The translations under genes were made by a program, and so were the position numbers. DNA of 64,000 nucleotides. Origin: the human T2T-CHM13v2.0 reference genome, Homo sapiens. Below, in pieces: positions 62,707-64,000 of this stretch (within the stretch, counting starts at the first letter, position 1; every line of letters begins with the position of its first letter). The stretch is from contig CP086569.2 in the NCBI GenBank assembly GCA_009914755.4, positions 12,736,001-12,800,000 on the forward strand, read 5' to 3'. A model generated the notes under the pieces. The model was not told the origin of the DNA. It saw only the letters and a list, made by a program, of their open reading frames with translations, and made no database searches.

Positions 62707-64000
62707 CCAGTGAAAGTATCTCCCAGACCAAGAGGTATTTTAGTTTCCTGAGTCAGGGCATGTGAGTAAAGTCAATTTGCCAGCCCTGGACAGGGGCAAA
62801 TTCTCGAGACTGATGTGTAGGGAAGGAATGGGGCCTGACAAATTCCTGAGGAGTAGTAGAATAGCAGATGGAACACTGAGAAGTGATTTTTTGAGGATAG
62901 ATTTTTATGATGGGAAGGAAAAGGGAGGTTTTAAGAGGCGGGTTAGTGGCTTGTAACTTACATGGAAGAGGTTATGAAACGACAGAATAGAGTGGGCCTG
63001 TGAGGCTGGAAGGAGATATTTTCTTTGGTCTAAGAATCATTTGCCTTGTGTGGGAAGAGATTGATAGGTGGAAGTTTCAGTGGTGGAGTAGGTGGGATTG
63101 ACTGATGAGAAGGAAAACTGGCCATGAGGGACAGAAATTGGAATACTAACTGCTTCTTTAGCTACCTTATCAGCATAAGTGTTTCCCTGAGCAATGGCAT
63201 CCGATGCCTTTTGATGGCCCTTGCAGTGAATGACTCCAGCTTCCTTTGGAAATAAAGCTGCCTTGAGAAGAGTTTTTATTAAAGAGGCATTAATGATGGA
63301 GGACCCTTGTGTAGTGAGGAAACCTCTCTCAGCCCATATAACAGAATGGTGGTGCAGGATGTGGAAGGCATATTTAGAGTCAGTATAAATATTGATATGC
63401 AGTCCCTTTGGAAGAGTGAGGCCCTGAGTTAAGGCAATGAGTTCGGCTTTCTGAGAGGTAGTGGAGGGGGCTAGAGTAGTAGCCTCAATGATAGATGTGG
63501 AAGATACTACAGCACAGTCTGCCTTTGCTGGTGAGTGGTGATTAGGCCTGATGGAAATGCCATTAATAAACCAAGTGTGATCAGGGTGAGGAACAGGAAA
63601 GAATGAAATATGGGGAAATCAACTGAATGCCAGGTGAATTACAGAGATACGGTCATGGGGGTCAGGTGTGGTATCAGGAATAATGCAGGAGGCCATATTG
63701 AAGTCCAGGCCAGGAACAATAGTAATTGTGGAAGACTCAACAAAGAGTGAGTATAGCTGAAGGAGCCAGGGAGCAGAAAGTATATGCATCAGGTGTGAGG
63801 AAGAAAATAGCTTTTGGAAGTTACGAGAACTGTAGAGAGTGAGTAGCATAGTTTGTGATTTTTGAGGGCCTCTAAAAGTACTAGGGCAGTGGCAGCTGCT
63901 GCATGGAGACATCATGGACAGACTAAAACAGTAAGGTCAAGTTGTTTGCACAAAAAGCCTACAGGGCATCATCCCAGCTCTTGCGTAAGAATTTTGACTT

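Larger units (their letters stand above)
59750..64000 (-). mobile_element. HERV-H-like (class I, gamma-like) provirus internal region covering 3' pol and env, running off the right edge of the window
   Basis: Contiguous with the LTR7 above. Minus-strand ORF fragments are the env TM (59910-60473), env SU remnants (60480-62100), the integrase core (62203-62706) and RT/RNaseH-region remnants (62700-64000). All are interrupted by stops and frameshifts. Confidence 0.8.

Overview
This window is primate (almost certainly human) nuclear DNA, repeat-dense and non-coding. I found no convincing cellular protein-coding exon, rRNA or tRNA, and nothing prokaryotic, so CRISPR or operon-style readings do not apply. 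Family names come from my memory of consensus sequences, not from a search; coordinates are accurate to about ±10 bp.

Main content, in order:
- About 27 Alu SINEs on both strands, several with clear target-site duplications.
- A near-full-length older L1 on the + strand at 15.6–23.2 kb, carrying two nested Alus.
- An L1PA-like element on the − strand at 27.5–32.0 kb. Its 5'UTR and ORF1 are present but its 3' end is missing, and it abuts a 3'-truncated Alu that belongs to a tandemly duplicated Alu-plus-spacer block.
- A composite L1 insertion at 34.2–37.7 kb, with an inverted 5' piece joined to a direct 3' piece, that splits an older unclassified repeat.
- Many MaLR LTRs. Three are THE1/MST-like copies (3.85, 43.9, 56.5 kb) and several are MLT1-like copies in a recurring 'full unit plus tandem 3' half-unit' arrangement (38.7, 46.2, 49.0, 51.0 kb).
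- An ERV9-type LTR12 solo LTR at 49.7–51.0 kb with ATTGG (CCAAT-box) tandem enhancer repeats. It is inserted into one of the MLT1 arrays and lacks its promoter/R/U5 end.
- Two Tigger-family DNA-transposon remnants.
- Numerous microsatellites: (AAT)n, (GGAT)n, (GATA)n, (GT)n, a roughly 240-bp (GGAA)n, (CAGG)n and (AAAT)n.
- At the right edge (59.4–64.0 kb), the 3' part of a HERV-H provirus on the − strand. It has an LTR7-type 3' LTR, an env remnant with a recognisable TM/immunosuppressive-domain motif, and an integrase core, and it continues beyond the window.

All retroelement ORFs are fragmented. The window does not contain a new biological system; the noteworthy material is structural, namely nested, inverted and deleted retroelements, local tandem and low-copy duplications, and LTR-borne regulatory modules.
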